64,000 nt of DNA from an uncultured Anaerolineales bacterium (GCA_964618295.1 CAZTWV010000012.1:929-64928), one strand, 5' to 3'; shown: positions 1 to 10,335, counted from the stretch's first letter. Notes: a model not told the origin generated them from the sequence alone. Program-made: numbers and translations.

Positions 1-396
1 GGAGCGGATGATTACTTGACCAAGCCATTTAATCCCAGGGAACTGATAGCCAGAATTCGGGCTGTCTTAAGGCGGGGGCATTCAGATTCTTCTGAAAAAA
101 ACAAAAGCATTCATCTAGCTGATCTGATGATTGATCCTGCTGCAAGGGAAGCAACAATTTCTGGCGAGGAGGTGTTTCTTCGAGCTAAGGAATTTGACTT
201 ATTGTATACACTTGCCCGGCACCGGGGTATTGTAATGAGCAGGGATCAATTGTTGAACCTGGTCTGGGATTATGATTATCCCGGAAATACCAGAACTGTG
301 GATGTTCATATTGGTCAGCTGCGGAAGAAACTAACCAGGAGTCAGGTCAAGATTGAGACTGTAACTGGTGTAGGGTATAAGTTAATTGCCAGCTGA
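1..396 (+). CDS. OmpR/PhoB-family response regulator, C-terminal part (5' end lies outside the window)
   Basis: Frame 1 is open from nt 1. It reads GADDYLTKPFNPRELIARIRAVLRR (end of a receiver domain). A winged-helix output domain follows (EFDLLYTLARHRGIVMSRDQLL...VDVHIGQLRKKL...GVGYKL). Confidence 0.9.
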   Translation, partial: GADDYLTKPFNPRELIARIRAVLRRGHSDSSEKNKSIHLADLMIDPAAREATISGEEVFLRAKEFDLLYTLARHRGIVMSRDQLLNLVWDYDYPGNTRTVDVHIGQLRKKLTRSQVKIETVTGVGYKLIAS

Positions 397-478
397 CAGA
401 CCGTCCAGGTAAGAAGAAATCCGGAAATTGAATTCAGGATCCACCTCACAGCAGAGAGGTAATATTCAAAACAAATCT

Positions 479-1912
479 ATGTTTCTATCTCTTCGCTCCA
501 GACTGCTTTTTACATATGCGATTCTAATTCTCGTAATTCTCTCTATTCTCGGATTGGCGCTCTTCATTTATGTGGTCAGAAACCCGGTCGTGGATCGGCA
601 GTCAGTCCAAACTCTAAAAGCTGCTCTTCTGGTGATTTCAAACCGGTTCAATGAGAGAGAACTCTCAGATGCTCAGCGCTTGGGTGTTTTGAAGCGAATT
701 GGAGATTCATACTCTGTCCGCTTGGTTTTAGTGGATCCTGGAGAGGGAATAAAGCTGGATACTTTGTCAGCTGGTGGGGATTTGATGCTTCCTGAGGATC
801 TCCGTACACTGCCGGACCAAGGAAGGTTGAGAGATTCAAATGGGCAGCCATGGTTGTTTTCTTCCCGAGAGCTCGCGGGTGGCACAAAACTAATTGTTGC
901 TTTGCCACGTTCCGGGGGACTGCAGCTGCTTCGAAGCTCTCAAATTTGGGGCGTCCTTCGCAATGAATTTCTGCCTGCTTTCTTTCGGGCCGGGATGTTT
1001 GCTTTGATCCTGGCATTTGTCCTTTCAATCTGGATGAGCAAATGGATTGCTGGTCCTTTGGAAGACATTAAACAGGCAGCAAATTCTCTTGCGGGAGGTG
1101 AATATTCTGAAATCCCCATTGAAGGTCCCAGCGAAGTTAAAAATCTGGCCGATTCTTTTAACAAGATGGCTTCAAAGGTTGAGTCTACTCAACAAGCCCA
1201 AAAAGATTTTATTGCAAATGTATCCCATGAATTAAAAACTCCATTGACATCCATCCAGGGGTTTTCACAGGCGATTTTGGATGGTGCGGTGAGTACAAAA
1301 CAGGAAATCAACAAAGCAGCCGGAATTATCCAATCAGAGGCAGAACGGATGAACAGATTGGTGCTTGAACTTCTGGATCTTGCCAGGCTGGATGCTGGAT
1401 CTGCTGAGATCAAACGAGAAGTGGTTGATTTAAAGCAGATACTTGAACAGGTAATCCAGCAGTTCTCAATTCAGGCGGAGCAGTCCAATATTGATCTTGA
1501 ATCTGAAATAAGAGATTTACCGACAGCTATCGGTGATCCGGACCGCCTGGCACAGGTCTTTACAAATATTCTCGATAATGCTATCAAACATACTCCAGGA
1601 CCGGGTACTGTTCAAGTCACAGCTGCCCAGGACGGGGCAGAGATTGTGGTCACCATCTCGGATTCAGGCCCCGGAATTCCTGAAGATGAAATCTCAAGGA
1701 TATTTGAACGCTTCTATCAGATCGATAAATCTCGAGCAAAAGAGTCTCGTACAGGAAGTGGGTTGGGATTAGCGATTGTCAAACAAATTATCCGTGCCCA
1801 TCAGGGCCAGATTTCTGTAAGCAGCAGTCCAGAACAAGGTGCATCTTTTGAAATCAGGATCCCTGCGGTCTTACCAAACGATCAAACTGCAGTCAGATAT
1901 TCAATGAGATGA
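479..1912 (+). CDS. Sensor histidine kinase (2 TM segments, HAMP, HisKA, HATPase_c)
   Basis: H-box VSHELKTPLTSIQGF; N box LDNAIKHT; G boxes DSGPGIP and GSGLGLAIV; two hydrophobic segments flank a ~150-aa outer loop. The start is uncertain (TTG 428 or ATG 479). The stop overlaps the next gene (ATGA). Confidence 0.88.
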   Translation: MFLSLRSRLLFTYAILILVILSILGLALFIYVVRNPVVDRQSVQTLKAALLVISNRFNERELSDAQRLGVLKRIGDSYSVRLVLVDPGEGIKLDTLSAGGDLMLPEDLRTLPDQGRLRDSNGQPWLFSSRELAGGTKLIVALPRSGGLQLLRSSQIWGVLRNEFLPAFFRAGMFALILAFVLSIWMSKWIAGPLEDIKQAANSLAGGEYSEIPIEGPSEVKNLADSFNKMASKVESTQQAQKDFIANVSHELKTPLTSIQGFSQAILDGAVSTKQEINKAAGIIQSEAERMNRLVLELLDLARLDAGSAEIKREVVDLKQILEQVIQQFSIQAEQSNIDLESEIRDLPTAIGDPDRLAQVFTNILDNAIKHTPGPGTVQVTAAQDGAEIVVTISDSGPGIPEDEISRIFERFYQIDKSRAKESRTGSGLGLAIVKQIIRAHQGQISVSSSPEQGASFEIRIPAVLPNDQTAVRYSMR

Positions 1913-2940
1913 GTGAAGTTATGAATGTGTCGGTAATTATCCCCTGTTATAATGAGCAGTCGGTTATCAATGATTTATTGGATGCCTTATTGAACCAATC
2001 ATATTCAGTTGATCAGATGGAAATAGTGATCGCGGATGGGATGTCGAATGATGGGACCCGGGATAAGATAAAAAAATATTCTGAGCTGCATCCTGAACTG
2101 GCTATCCGATTAGTGGATAATCAAAAACGTACGATCCCTTCAGCTCTGAACACAGCGATAAAAGCTGCCCGGGGAGAATTTCTGGTTCGTTTGGATGCCC
2201 ATTCCAGTCCAGATCGGGACTATGTTGCCAGGTCAGTTAAGGCTCTTCAGGAGGGAAAAGGGGATAATATTGGAGGAGTTTTAAGGATAAAACCTTCGTC
2301 TAAGACCTTGATTGCTGAGGCAATTGCCCTCGCTGCCGGACACCCGCTGGGTGTTGGGGACGCCCGCTACCGAATTGGGAGCGCTGCCCGTGAAGTAGAC
2401 ACAGTAGCTTACGGTGCTTATCGCAGATCTTTGATTGAAAAAATTGGGTTTTACGATGAAACACTGCTTGCAAATGAAGATTATGAATTTAATGTGCGGA
2501 TCCGTAATAACGGCGGTAAAATTTGGCTGGATCCTGCGATTCAGGCGGTTTATCTTGCTCGACCGGATCTGAAAGCGCTTGCCCGCCAGTATTGGCGGTA
2601 TGGTTATTGGAAATTTAAGATGCTCTTAAGATATCCGGAAACATTCCGCTGGCGGCAGATTTCAGGTTTTTTTGTTCTCTCCTGGATTGTTCTGGGATTA
2701 GGGAGTGTCTGGTTTCAGTTTGCACGCTGGCTGCTCGCATTGGAGGCTGTGCTCTATGTCCTTCCCTTATTGATTTCCGGAATAGCAGCAGCCAGACGTG
2801 AAAAATCCTGGGGACTGCTCTGGGGTTTACCTGCAGCAATTGCGACAATGCATTTCTCTTGGGGATCGGGCTTTTTATGGAGTTTTGTTGAACAAGTGTT
2901 TAAATCCATTTCTAATTTATTCAAAGGTGCAGTGGAATGA
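1909..2940 (+). CDS. Family 2 glycosyltransferase with C-terminal membrane segments
   Basis: VSVIIPCYNE N-terminus, DGMSNDGT, RLDAHS and NEDYEF motifs typical of GT-A/GT2. ATGA overlaps on both sides. Confidence 0.85.
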   Translation: MSEVMNVSVIIPCYNEQSVINDLLDALLNQSYSVDQMEIVIADGMSNDGTRDKIKKYSELHPELAIRLVDNQKRTIPSALNTAIKAARGEFLVRLDAHSSPDRDYVARSVKALQEGKGDNIGGVLRIKPSSKTLIAEAIALAAGHPLGVGDARYRIGSAAREVDTVAYGAYRRSLIEKIGFYDETLLANEDYEFNVRIRNNGGKIWLDPAIQAVYLARPDLKALARQYWRYGYWKFKMLLRYPETFRWRQISGFFVLSWIVLGLGSVWFQFARWLLALEAVLYVLPLLISGIAAARREKSWGLLWGLPAAIATMHFSWGSGFLWSFVEQVFKSISNLFKGAVE

Positions 2941-4364
2941 ATCTACCTTATGATGCCCAAAAGGAACACCGCTGGAGATTCCGGTTTGTAGAAAGAAGAA
3001 TACTTCTACTCAATGGCGATGTGATCGCTGCTGTTCTGGCCCTGGTTATTTCACTATTTGTGTGGGGAAATCAGGCAGAATTCCTGGGTTTTTCAGTTCG
3101 GTTTATTTTGGAGCGTGTTCCCAATTGGTTTTTTGTCATGCCGGTGATTTGGGTCCTGTTATTGAGTGAAGCTTACGACATTCGAAAATCAGGAAATTGG
3201 CGGGATACTATTCAGAGTATTGCCACTGCTGCAGTAATTGGTACAGTCCTTTACTTAATTGTCTACTTCACCTCCACGCCTGAATCACTGCCCCGAATCG
3301 GAGTGGCGGTTTTTATTATCGCAGCAGCACTAATTACCCTGGCCTGGCGGTATTTTTACATTCGGGTTCTGACAGCTCCGCAGTTTTTACGGCGGGTGCT
3401 GTTGATTGGAGGGGGAGTTTCCGGAAATATGTTGCTGGAATCATTTAATGCCCTGGAATCAAAACCTTTTAATTTGGTGGGTATCATAGATGATGATCCC
3501 CGAAAACAGGATATTGAAATCGCGGGCTACCCGGTGCTCGGCCGGGGGCAGGATCTGCTGGAGGTGATCCGGCGTGAGAATATTTCAGATGTGATCGTGG
3601 CGATTACCGGTGTGATAAACGGTGGAACATTCCAGTCCATCCTGGATGCCCAGGAACTGGGTGTGGATGTCAACCGGATGCCGGTGATCTATGAAGAACT
3701 TAACCAGCGCGTTCCTATCCGAATTCTTGAAGCTGATTGGATCTTGCGTTCTTTCGTGGACGATACCAGTGTGTCCAGTTTTTATCATTTGATGAAACGG
3801 ATTCTGGATATTCTGGGAGGATTGGTGGGGTTTGGAATCTTCTTATTAATGCTTCCCCTGGTGGGATTCCTGATTTTTATTGACGATGGTTTTCCCATTT
3901 TGTACCGGCAGGTCCGGCTCGGTCGGAGCGGCCAGGAGTACAAAATTATTAAATTCCGGACGATGAAGAAAGATGCTGAAAAAGATGGAGAAGCCAAGTG
4001 GGCCAGCGAGGATGATCAAAGGATTACAAAAATTGGGCGCATCCTCAGAAAAACCCACTTAGATGAATTTCCGCAGTTTTATAATGTCTTGCGGGGTGAG
4101 ATGAGTCTGGTAGGTCCCCGATCTGAAAGACCGAGCCTGGTAAATAAGCTCCAGGAGCAAGTTCCTTTTTACCGTGCCAGACTGCTGGTAAAACCGGGAG
4201 TCACAGGTTGGGCACAGATTAATTATGGTTATCCTGAAACAATCGAAGGCACAATTGATAAATTGGAGTACGATCTCTTTTACATCAAAAATAGAAATAT
4301 TCTTCTTGATTTGCGGATTATATTCCGCACACCGGCGACAATCTTTGGATTGAAGGGAAAGTGA
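2937..4364 (+). CDS. Polyprenyl-phosphate glycosyl-1-phosphate transferase (WbaP/EpsB-type bacterial sugar transferase)
   Basis: N-terminal TM helices plus a Rossmann-like region. C-terminal sugar-transferase signature KFRTM...DEFPQFYNVLRGEMSLVGPRSERP...KPGVTGWAQI. Confidence 0.87.
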   Translation: MNLPYDAQKEHRWRFRFVERRILLLNGDVIAAVLALVISLFVWGNQAEFLGFSVRFILERVPNWFFVMPVIWVLLLSEAYDIRKSGNWRDTIQSIATAAVIGTVLYLIVYFTSTPESLPRIGVAVFIIAAALITLAWRYFYIRVLTAPQFLRRVLLIGGGVSGNMLLESFNALESKPFNLVGIIDDDPRKQDIEIAGYPVLGRGQDLLEVIRRENISDVIVAITGVINGGTFQSILDAQELGVDVNRMPVIYEELNQRVPIRILEADWILRSFVDDTSVSSFYHLMKRILDILGGLVGFGIFLLMLPLVGFLIFIDDGFPILYRQVRLGRSGQEYKIIKFRTMKKDAEKDGEAKWASEDDQRITKIGRILRKTHLDEFPQFYNVLRGEMSLVGPRSERPSLVNKLQEQVPFYRARLLVKPGVTGWAQINYGYPETIEGTIDKLEYDLFYIKNRNILLDLRIIFRTPATIFGLKGK

Positions 4365-4374
4365 AGGGAAAGTA

Positions 4375-5349
4375 ATGAAAGGAAAACGGGCGCTGGTTAC
4401 CGGTGGAGCTGGGTTTATTGGTTCTCATCTTGTAAATGAGCTTCTCAGTCAAGGAGTTGATGTTACAGTCCTTGACAACTTATCAACCGGGAAACTGTCA
4501 AACCTGGAAGGAGTTCAGGATCAAATAACTTTTCAGGAAGGAGATATCCGGAATCTAAATTTGCTGAATGACTTATTAGTTGAAGTAGATTATGTCTTCC
4601 ACCAGGCAGCTTTTGTCTCCGTGCCGCTGTCAATTGAAAATCCTGATGAATGTTTTGAGATCAATGCAGTTGGAACTGTTCAGCTGATGTCAGCAGCAGC
4701 CAGAGCCGGCGTTAAGCGTCTTGTGTTTGCATCCAGCGCCGCAGTTTATGGCGATAATCCGCAGATCCCGCTTCAGGAATCAGCTAAGCTTCGACCTCAA
4801 TCACCCTACGCTGTTTCAAAATTGGTTGATGAACTTTACAAAGACCTCTACACGGAAAATTTTGATCTGGAAGTAGTAGCGCTGAGGTATTTTAATGTCT
4901 TTGGCCCGAAACAACCCCCGGATTCTGATTATGCGGCTGCGATTCCAATTTTTTTCCGCCGGATGATGCAGGATCAGGAGCCTGTAGTTTATGGTGACGG
5001 CGGTCAAAGTCGCGATTTTATTTATGTCGAGGATGTTACCCGGGCGAATGTCCTGGCAGCTGTCTCTGAGGGCGCAGCTGGGAAGGTTTTTAATATCTGT
5101 TCAGGAATAGAAACCAGTATTTTAGATTTGATCAGAGACATTGGGGAAGTACTGGATAAAGATTTAGAAATAATTTTCGAGGACCCCCGGCCGGGTGATA
5201 TCTATCGATCCGTAGGAGATCCGGGCAGTGCAGGGGAAATCCTGGGCTTTAAACCGGAGTTTTCTCTTGAAAGCGGTTTGAGGAAAACTGCAGAAGCAAT
5301 AGCTGACTTGAGATCAATCAACGATCAACAATTTTTGGAATCAACCTAA
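4375..5349 (+). CDS. NAD-dependent sugar epimerase/dehydratase (UDP-hexose 4-epimerase-like SDR)
   Basis: TGGAGFIGSHL Rossmann motif, catalytic YAVSK (YxxxK), extended-SDR length of 324 aa. Confidence 0.85.
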   Translation: MKGKRALVTGGAGFIGSHLVNELLSQGVDVTVLDNLSTGKLSNLEGVQDQITFQEGDIRNLNLLNDLLVEVDYVFHQAAFVSVPLSIENPDECFEINAVGTVQLMSAAARAGVKRLVFASSAAVYGDNPQIPLQESAKLRPQSPYAVSKLVDELYKDLYTENFDLEVVALRYFNVFGPKQPPDSDYAAAIPIFFRRMMQDQEPVVYGDGGQSRDFIYVEDVTRANVLAAVSEGAAGKVFNICSGIETSILDLIRDIGEVLDKDLEIIFEDPRPGDIYRSVGDPGSAGEILGFKPEFSLESGLRKTAEAIADLRSINDQQFLEST

Positions 5350-5361
5350 GGGGTAATTTTT

Positions 5362-6375
5362 ATGAATTTAGTAAGCATTCAAGAATGGAAAGCATTCTTT
5401 GAATCCTGTCCTGATGCCCATATCCTTCAAAGTTCTGCCTGGGGGGAATTGAAAAAACAGTTTGGATGGGAGACAGAAAGGCTGATCACAGGTAACCTTG
5501 GGGCTCAGGTTTTGTTCCAGGCACTGCCCTTGGGATATTCAATAGCCTATATACCGAGAGGCCCAGTTTCCTGCGCATCACTTCCGCCACAGGAAGCTGT
5601 TTGGCAGAAATTTCTTACCGCTGTGGACCAGGTTTGCAAATCCCGTAATGCAATATTGTTGAAACTTGAACCAGATTTGTGGCTTGGTGAAAGGGGTGAG
5701 TTTCCCTGGTCGGGATTTGTTCCCAGTGCACATGCCATCCAGCCTCCTCGAACAATTGTGGTGGATTTGGATCGATCAGAGGATGAGATCCTGGGTGGAA
5801 TGAAATCGAAAACCCGCTACAATATCCGCCTGGCAGCCAGAAAAGATGTGAAGGTAAAAGAGCTTGAGAGCGTGGATCCTTTTTACCAGATGCTGGAAAA
5901 AACGGCTGATCGGAGTGAGTTTGGTATTCATCACCGGGATTACTATCGGAAGGTCTATGAACTTTTTGAAGCGCAAAACGCCTGCCGTTTGTTTTTAGCT
6001 GAATATCAGGATAAACCGCTGGCGAGCATCATGGTATTTCAACGCGGCAGCAGGAGCTGGTACTTTTACGGCGCTTCTGCTCCAGTCCATAGGGACCGGA
6101 TGCCTACCTATCTGGTTCAGTGGGAAGCAATGCGGTGGGCTCGCAACCAGGGTTGTACCAGTTATGACCTGTGGGGAGTTCCGGATCATAGCCAGGAGGT
6201 CCTTGAGGAACAATTTTTGGACCGCCATGATGGATTGTGGGGAGTCTACCGTTTTAAACGGGGGTTTGGAGGAACATTGAAAAGAACAGCTGGACCCTGG
6301 GATCGGGTCTATAAACCTGTGCTGTATAAAGCATATCAGGCCCGTAACTGGCTGAACAACCGGGTTAACAATTAA
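5362..6375 (+). CDS. FemAB-family peptidoglycan interpeptide-bridge aminoacyltransferase (paralogue 1)
   Basis: Shares blocks with the next ORF (HxLQSxxW, KSKTRYNIRLA, MPTYLVQWEAMRWA, WGVYRFKRGFGG) that are typical of FemX/FemAB/MurM-like enzymes. Confidence 0.78.
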   Translation: MNLVSIQEWKAFFESCPDAHILQSSAWGELKKQFGWETERLITGNLGAQVLFQALPLGYSIAYIPRGPVSCASLPPQEAVWQKFLTAVDQVCKSRNAILLKLEPDLWLGERGEFPWSGFVPSAHAIQPPRTIVVDLDRSEDEILGGMKSKTRYNIRLAARKDVKVKELESVDPFYQMLEKTADRSEFGIHHRDYYRKVYELFEAQNACRLFLAEYQDKPLASIMVFQRGSRSWYFYGASAPVHRDRMPTYLVQWEAMRWARNQGCTSYDLWGVPDHSQEVLEEQFLDRHDGLWGVYRFKRGFGGTLKRTAGPWDRVYKPVLYKAYQARNWLNNRVNN

Positions 6376-6376
6376 G

Positions 6377-7531
6377 ATGAAGAACACTGAATGGAATCAG
6401 ATTCTTTCTAAACTCGATCAACCTCATTTGCTGCAGACCAGCCAATGGGCAGATGTGAAGTCCGATCTTGGTTGGCAGCCAATTTATCTGTACTGGGAAA
6501 AGATCAACGGCGCCTACAAGATGAAGTCTTATTCTGGTAAGAGCGAATTTAAAAACAAGCCTGCTGCAGCTGCTGTGGTGCTGGAGAAAACCCAGGGACC
6601 AGGTCTAAAGGTAATGTACGTTCCGAAAGGTCCGCTGCTTGAGGATTGGGGTAACCGGGATCTCAGGATTCAGGTTTTGAAAGATCTGGAATATTTGGCC
6701 CGGCAGCATCGGGTGATACACCTTAAGGTCGATCCGGATCTCAGTCTCGGCCAGGGGATACCCGGAAAGGGAGATTCATTCGACTCAGAAATAGGGGAAG
6801 AAATCACAAAGGAACTTATAAACCGGGACTGGCTGTTCTCATCCGATCAGATTCAATATCGGAACACGGTTCTGGTTGATTTGGAACCAGATTCTGATGA
6901 AATACTGGCGAGGATGAAATCAAAAACCCGTTATAACATCCGGCTCTCGGCCAGAAAAGAAGTTAAGACCCGCCTGGGAACTGCTGCTGATTATTCTTTA
7001 TTGTATGAAATGTATGCCCAAACCGCGGTCCGGGGTGATTTTACCATCCGCCCCGAAAATTACTATCTTAAAATCTGGAAAACTTTTTCCGCAGAACTCT
7101 CGACCGGGAGTGCAGATCCCATCGCTCAGCCATTAATTGCTGAAGTGGAGGGTTGTCCTGCTGCTGGGGCAGTTGTATTTAAGTTCGGAGACCGGGCTTG
7201 GTACATCCACGGTATGTCTAATTTGGATCACAGTGAAAAAATGCCAACCTATCAAATCCAATGGGAAGCCATGCTGTGGGCAAAAGAACAAGGCTGCCGG
7301 GTCTATGATATGTGGGGTGCTCCAAATGAGTTCACGAGGGATGATCCGATGTGGGGGGTTTATCGATTCAAGAGAGGCTTTGGTGGAAAAGTGAACCGGA
7401 CAATTGGAGCCTGGGACTTTCCAGTCAGACCAATTTTATATTGGCTGTATATAAACCTCCTTCCAAGAATACTGGATATTGCCCGCCTGTTTCAAAACCG
7501 ACGTACGAAACGCCAATCCCAAGCTGAATAA
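6377..7531 (+). CDS. FemAB-family peptidoglycan interpeptide-bridge aminoacyltransferase (paralogue 2)
   Basis: Same conserved blocks (KSKTRYNIRLSA, MPTYQIQWEAMLWA, WGVYRFKRGFGG). Starts 1 nt after the paralogue 1 stop. Confidence 0.78.
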   Translation: MKNTEWNQILSKLDQPHLLQTSQWADVKSDLGWQPIYLYWEKINGAYKMKSYSGKSEFKNKPAAAAVVLEKTQGPGLKVMYVPKGPLLEDWGNRDLRIQVLKDLEYLARQHRVIHLKVDPDLSLGQGIPGKGDSFDSEIGEEITKELINRDWLFSSDQIQYRNTVLVDLEPDSDEILARMKSKTRYNIRLSARKEVKTRLGTAADYSLLYEMYAQTAVRGDFTIRPENYYLKIWKTFSAELSTGSADPIAQPLIAEVEGCPAAGAVVFKFGDRAWYIHGMSNLDHSEKMPTYQIQWEAMLWAKEQGCRVYDMWGAPNEFTRDDPMWGVYRFKRGFGGKVNRTIGAWDFPVRPILYWLYINLLPRILDIARLFQNRRTKRQSQAE

Positions 7532-7568
7532 TTATTGTCCTGGAAAAATCTATTAAAAAGGCGGAGTT

Positions 7569-8534
7569 ATGGTGAGTAAATATAACCTTGCACAGCTGCC
7601 AACACCTCTTCAAAAATTGTCCAATCTCAGCCGGAAGCTCGGGGGACCGGAAATCTATATCAAACGGGATGATTTAACCGGTCTAGCATTTGGCGGAAAT
7701 AAAACCCGCAAACTTGAAATACTAATATCCAGGGCATTGGAGGAGGGTGCCAATCTGGTGCTGACAACCGGAGCAGCCCAGTCTAATCACTGCCGTCAGA
7801 CTGCGGCAGCCGCAGCTGCCGCTGGATTGGATTGCCGTTTAATCCTGGTTGGCTCCAAAGATACCACCTTCTCGGGGAATTTGTTTTTAGATCAACTGCT
7901 CGGGTCTGAAATTATCTGGACAGATCTGGAAGATCGCGATCTGACCCTCCAGCAAGAATTTAATCAAGCGGCTCAAGATGGAATGAGTCCGTATTTGATC
8001 CCATACGGCGGTTCAAATCAGTACGGAGCATTTGCTTATTTGCTTGCGGTGGAGGAGCTGAACGATCAAATGGCTGATCAGCTTCCAGACTGGATTGTTT
8101 TTGCCTCATCTTCTGGAGGAACGCAGGCGGGTTTAGCTGCAGGTGTGCATCTAAACCAGCTGCCAATCAAGGTCCTGGGAATTAGTGTAGATGAACCTGA
8201 GAGGAAACTAAAATTAAAAGTCGCTGCGTTAGCGGGAGAGGCGATTGAGCTGTCAGGTTCAAATCATGATTTTCAACCGGACGAGATATTGGTCAACTCC
8301 GATTTTAGAGGGGGAGGATATGGCGTGATGGGTGAGCTGGAAAAAACCGCAATCCAAATGTTCGCCCATGAAGAAGGTATACTCTTGGATCCGGTCTACA
8401 CTGGTAGAGCTGCAGGAGGATTGATTTCCTTGATCAAACAAGGTTACTTTTCATCTCAAGATAAGGTTCTTTTCTGGCACACCGGTGGGACTCCGGGTTT
8501 ATTTGCTGAGCAATATTTACCCAGGCTGGTTTGA
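7569..8534 (+). CDS. PLP-dependent D-cysteine desulfhydrase / ACC deaminase family protein
   Basis: LPTPLQKL...IKRDDLTGLAFGGNKTRKLE (the PLP lysine motif of this family), SNHCRQTA, C-terminal FWHTGG. Confidence 0.8.
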   Translation: MVSKYNLAQLPTPLQKLSNLSRKLGGPEIYIKRDDLTGLAFGGNKTRKLEILISRALEEGANLVLTTGAAQSNHCRQTAAAAAAAGLDCRLILVGSKDTTFSGNLFLDQLLGSEIIWTDLEDRDLTLQQEFNQAAQDGMSPYLIPYGGSNQYGAFAYLLAVEELNDQMADQLPDWIVFASSSGGTQAGLAAGVHLNQLPIKVLGISVDEPERKLKLKVAALAGEAIELSGSNHDFQPDEILVNSDFRGGGYGVMGELEKTAIQMFAHEEGILLDPVYTGRAAGGLISLIKQGYFSSQDKVLFWHTGGTPGLFAEQYLPRLV

Positions 8535-8589
8535 GATTTTACCTTCAGGAGCGAGATTCAGGATGGATTGTGTTTTGATTTCTGACTTA

Positions 8590-8598
8590 TGGTAAAAT
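8590..8598 (+). promoter_or_regulatory. Candidate extended -10 promoter element (TGgTAAAAT) upstream of nuoA
   Basis: TGGTAAAAT lies 64 nt upstream of the nuoA ATG. I see no well-spaced -35 (TTGATT is only 12 nt away). Confidence 0.3.
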
Positions 8599-8661
8599 TT
8601 GCCTGTATTAAAAGGCTCTGCAGCCGATTGTTTGGCGGTGGGATAAAAAGAAGGAGAGTTC

Positions 8662-9018
8662 ATGCTTACTTATTGGGTTTACATTGGAATCTTTCTGGTT
8701 TTTTCAATTATCGTTCCTACAATTGCGGTCGCCCTCCCTCTTTTAGTTGCACCCAAAAAACCAAGTGCAAGAAAAGAAGAGGTATACGAATGTGGGATTG
8801 AAACCCGGGGCAGTATCCGGGTCCAATTTAAATCACAATACTATCTTTATGCCCTGATGTTTTTAATTTTTGACATCGAAACAGTGTTCCTGTTTCCCTG
8901 GGCGGTTGCTTTAGATCAGCTCCCATTATTTGCACTGATTGAAGGTTTGATTTTTATTATTATCCTTTTTGCTGGCTTGATTTACGCCCTCAGGAAAGAT
9001 GCTCTGGTTTGGGCCTGA
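8662..9018 (+). CDS. nuoA: NADH-quinone oxidoreductase subunit A
   Basis: 118 aa, 3 TM, YECG...F...YYLYALMFLIFDIETVFLFPWA signature; AAGGAGAG RBS. Confidence 0.92.
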   Translation: MLTYWVYIGIFLVFSIIVPTIAVALPLLVAPKKPSARKEEVYECGIETRGSIRVQFKSQYYLYALMFLIFDIETVFLFPWAVALDQLPLFALIEGLIFIIILFAGLIYALRKDALVWA

Positions 9019-9070
9019 GATTCATTATTTTTGTTTAGGTCAGTAATTTGAGACGATTGAGGAGTACTGC

Positions 9071-10273
9071 ATGACAGATTTATATTCGCTGATTGAAACC
9101 TGGATAATGAACGTTCTTATGGGGTGGGGGCTATCGGAAGGCATCACCCTTTTTATTCTCCAAGCGCTGGGAAGCATCGTAGTGATTGTCATCGCTTTTT
9201 TATTCGTGATATTCTTGATCTGGGTGGAAAGGAAATTAGCCGGAAGAATTCAGGACCGTTTTGGTCCAAACCGGGCTGGTCCATTTGGATTATTCCAGAG
9301 TTTCGCTGATATCATAAAAATTTTCACCAAAGAATACATAACACCGCAAGGCGCAGATCGCGGGCCTTATAACATTGCTCCCGTTCTGGCTTTGGGTGCA
9401 GTGCTGGCAATTTGGGCCGTTTTCCCGCTGGCAATCAATGTCCTGGGAGCGGATTTACATGTCGGTGTACTCTACATAGTTGCCATTGGGGCTTTCGGGA
9501 TCCTGGCAATTTTAATGGCTGGCTGGTCCTCCAATAACAGGTATGCTTTATTGGGAGCTTCAAGAGCCGTGGCTATGCTGGTTTCATATGAAATTCCAAT
9601 GGTTGTCGCTCTCCTTGTTCCCGTGATCCTGGCAAATTCAATGAAGCTGTCTGTGATTATTGAGGCGCAGCGCCCCTGGTTTATTTTTACTGCCCCCCTG
9701 GCAGCTTTGATATTTTTCATTACCTCGATGGCAGAAATTGGAAAAGCTCCCTTTGATCTCCTGGAAGCAGAATCTGAGCTGGTCGCTGGCTATCATACAG
9801 AGTACTCCGGGATGAAATTTGGGATGTTTTATGTCGCGGAATTCCTCCATCAATTCACTGTCGGAGCTTTGTTCAGCATTTTCTTCCTTGGGGGCTGGAC
9901 CGGTCCATTTGCGGAGCAGTGGCCCATTCTGGGAGTCTTCTACTTTTACGCCAAAGCCTTGTTGATCTATTTGATCATTTCCTGGATCCGGTTGTCTTTG
10001 CCCCGGATCCGAATTGATGAAATGCTGAACCTGAACTGGAGGTTTTTGATTCCCCTGGCTTTTGTCAATTTGATCAGTGTGGCAACTGCCGACCGGTTAA
10101 TGATCGAATTTGGAACTGCAAAATGGTTGTATGTCCTGGTGATGTTTGGGCTTAATATTCTCCTGCTCTGGATTGGATTGTCCCTGGCAGATAGTTTGAG
10201 CGCCAAAGTGGAGCGGGAAAAATTCCCACCACGCCCTGTAGCCGTCCCTCCAGGAACGGAGTTGAAAGGATAA
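9071..10273 (+). CDS. nuoH: NADH-quinone oxidoreductase subunit H
   Basis: VERKLAGRIQDRFGPNRAGPFGLFQSFADIIK and APFDLLEAESELVAGYHTEYSGMKF signatures. Confidence 0.92.
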   Translation: MTDLYSLIETWIMNVLMGWGLSEGITLFILQALGSIVVIVIAFLFVIFLIWVERKLAGRIQDRFGPNRAGPFGLFQSFADIIKIFTKEYITPQGADRGPYNIAPVLALGAVLAIWAVFPLAINVLGADLHVGVLYIVAIGAFGILAILMAGWSSNNRYALLGASRAVAMLVSYEIPMVVALLVPVILANSMKLSVIIEAQRPWFIFTAPLAALIFFITSMAEIGKAPFDLLEAESELVAGYHTEYSGMKFGMFYVAEFLHQFTVGALFSIFFLGGWTGPFAEQWPILGVFYFYAKALLIYLIISWIRLSLPRIRIDEMLNLNWRFLIPLAFVNLISVATADRLMIEFGTAKWLYVLVMFGLNILLLWIGLSLADSLSAKVEREKFPPRPVAVPPGTELKG

Positions 10274-10335
10274 TCAAGCTGCAGAGAAGATCACTGCAGC
10301 CTGTATAGGATTTAGCTGCTGGTAAGGAAACTACT

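Noticed and set aside
8589-8801. 70-aa ORF overlapping the nuoA start region
   Set aside because: It is out of frame with nuoA, which has a strong RBS and family signature. It has no motif.
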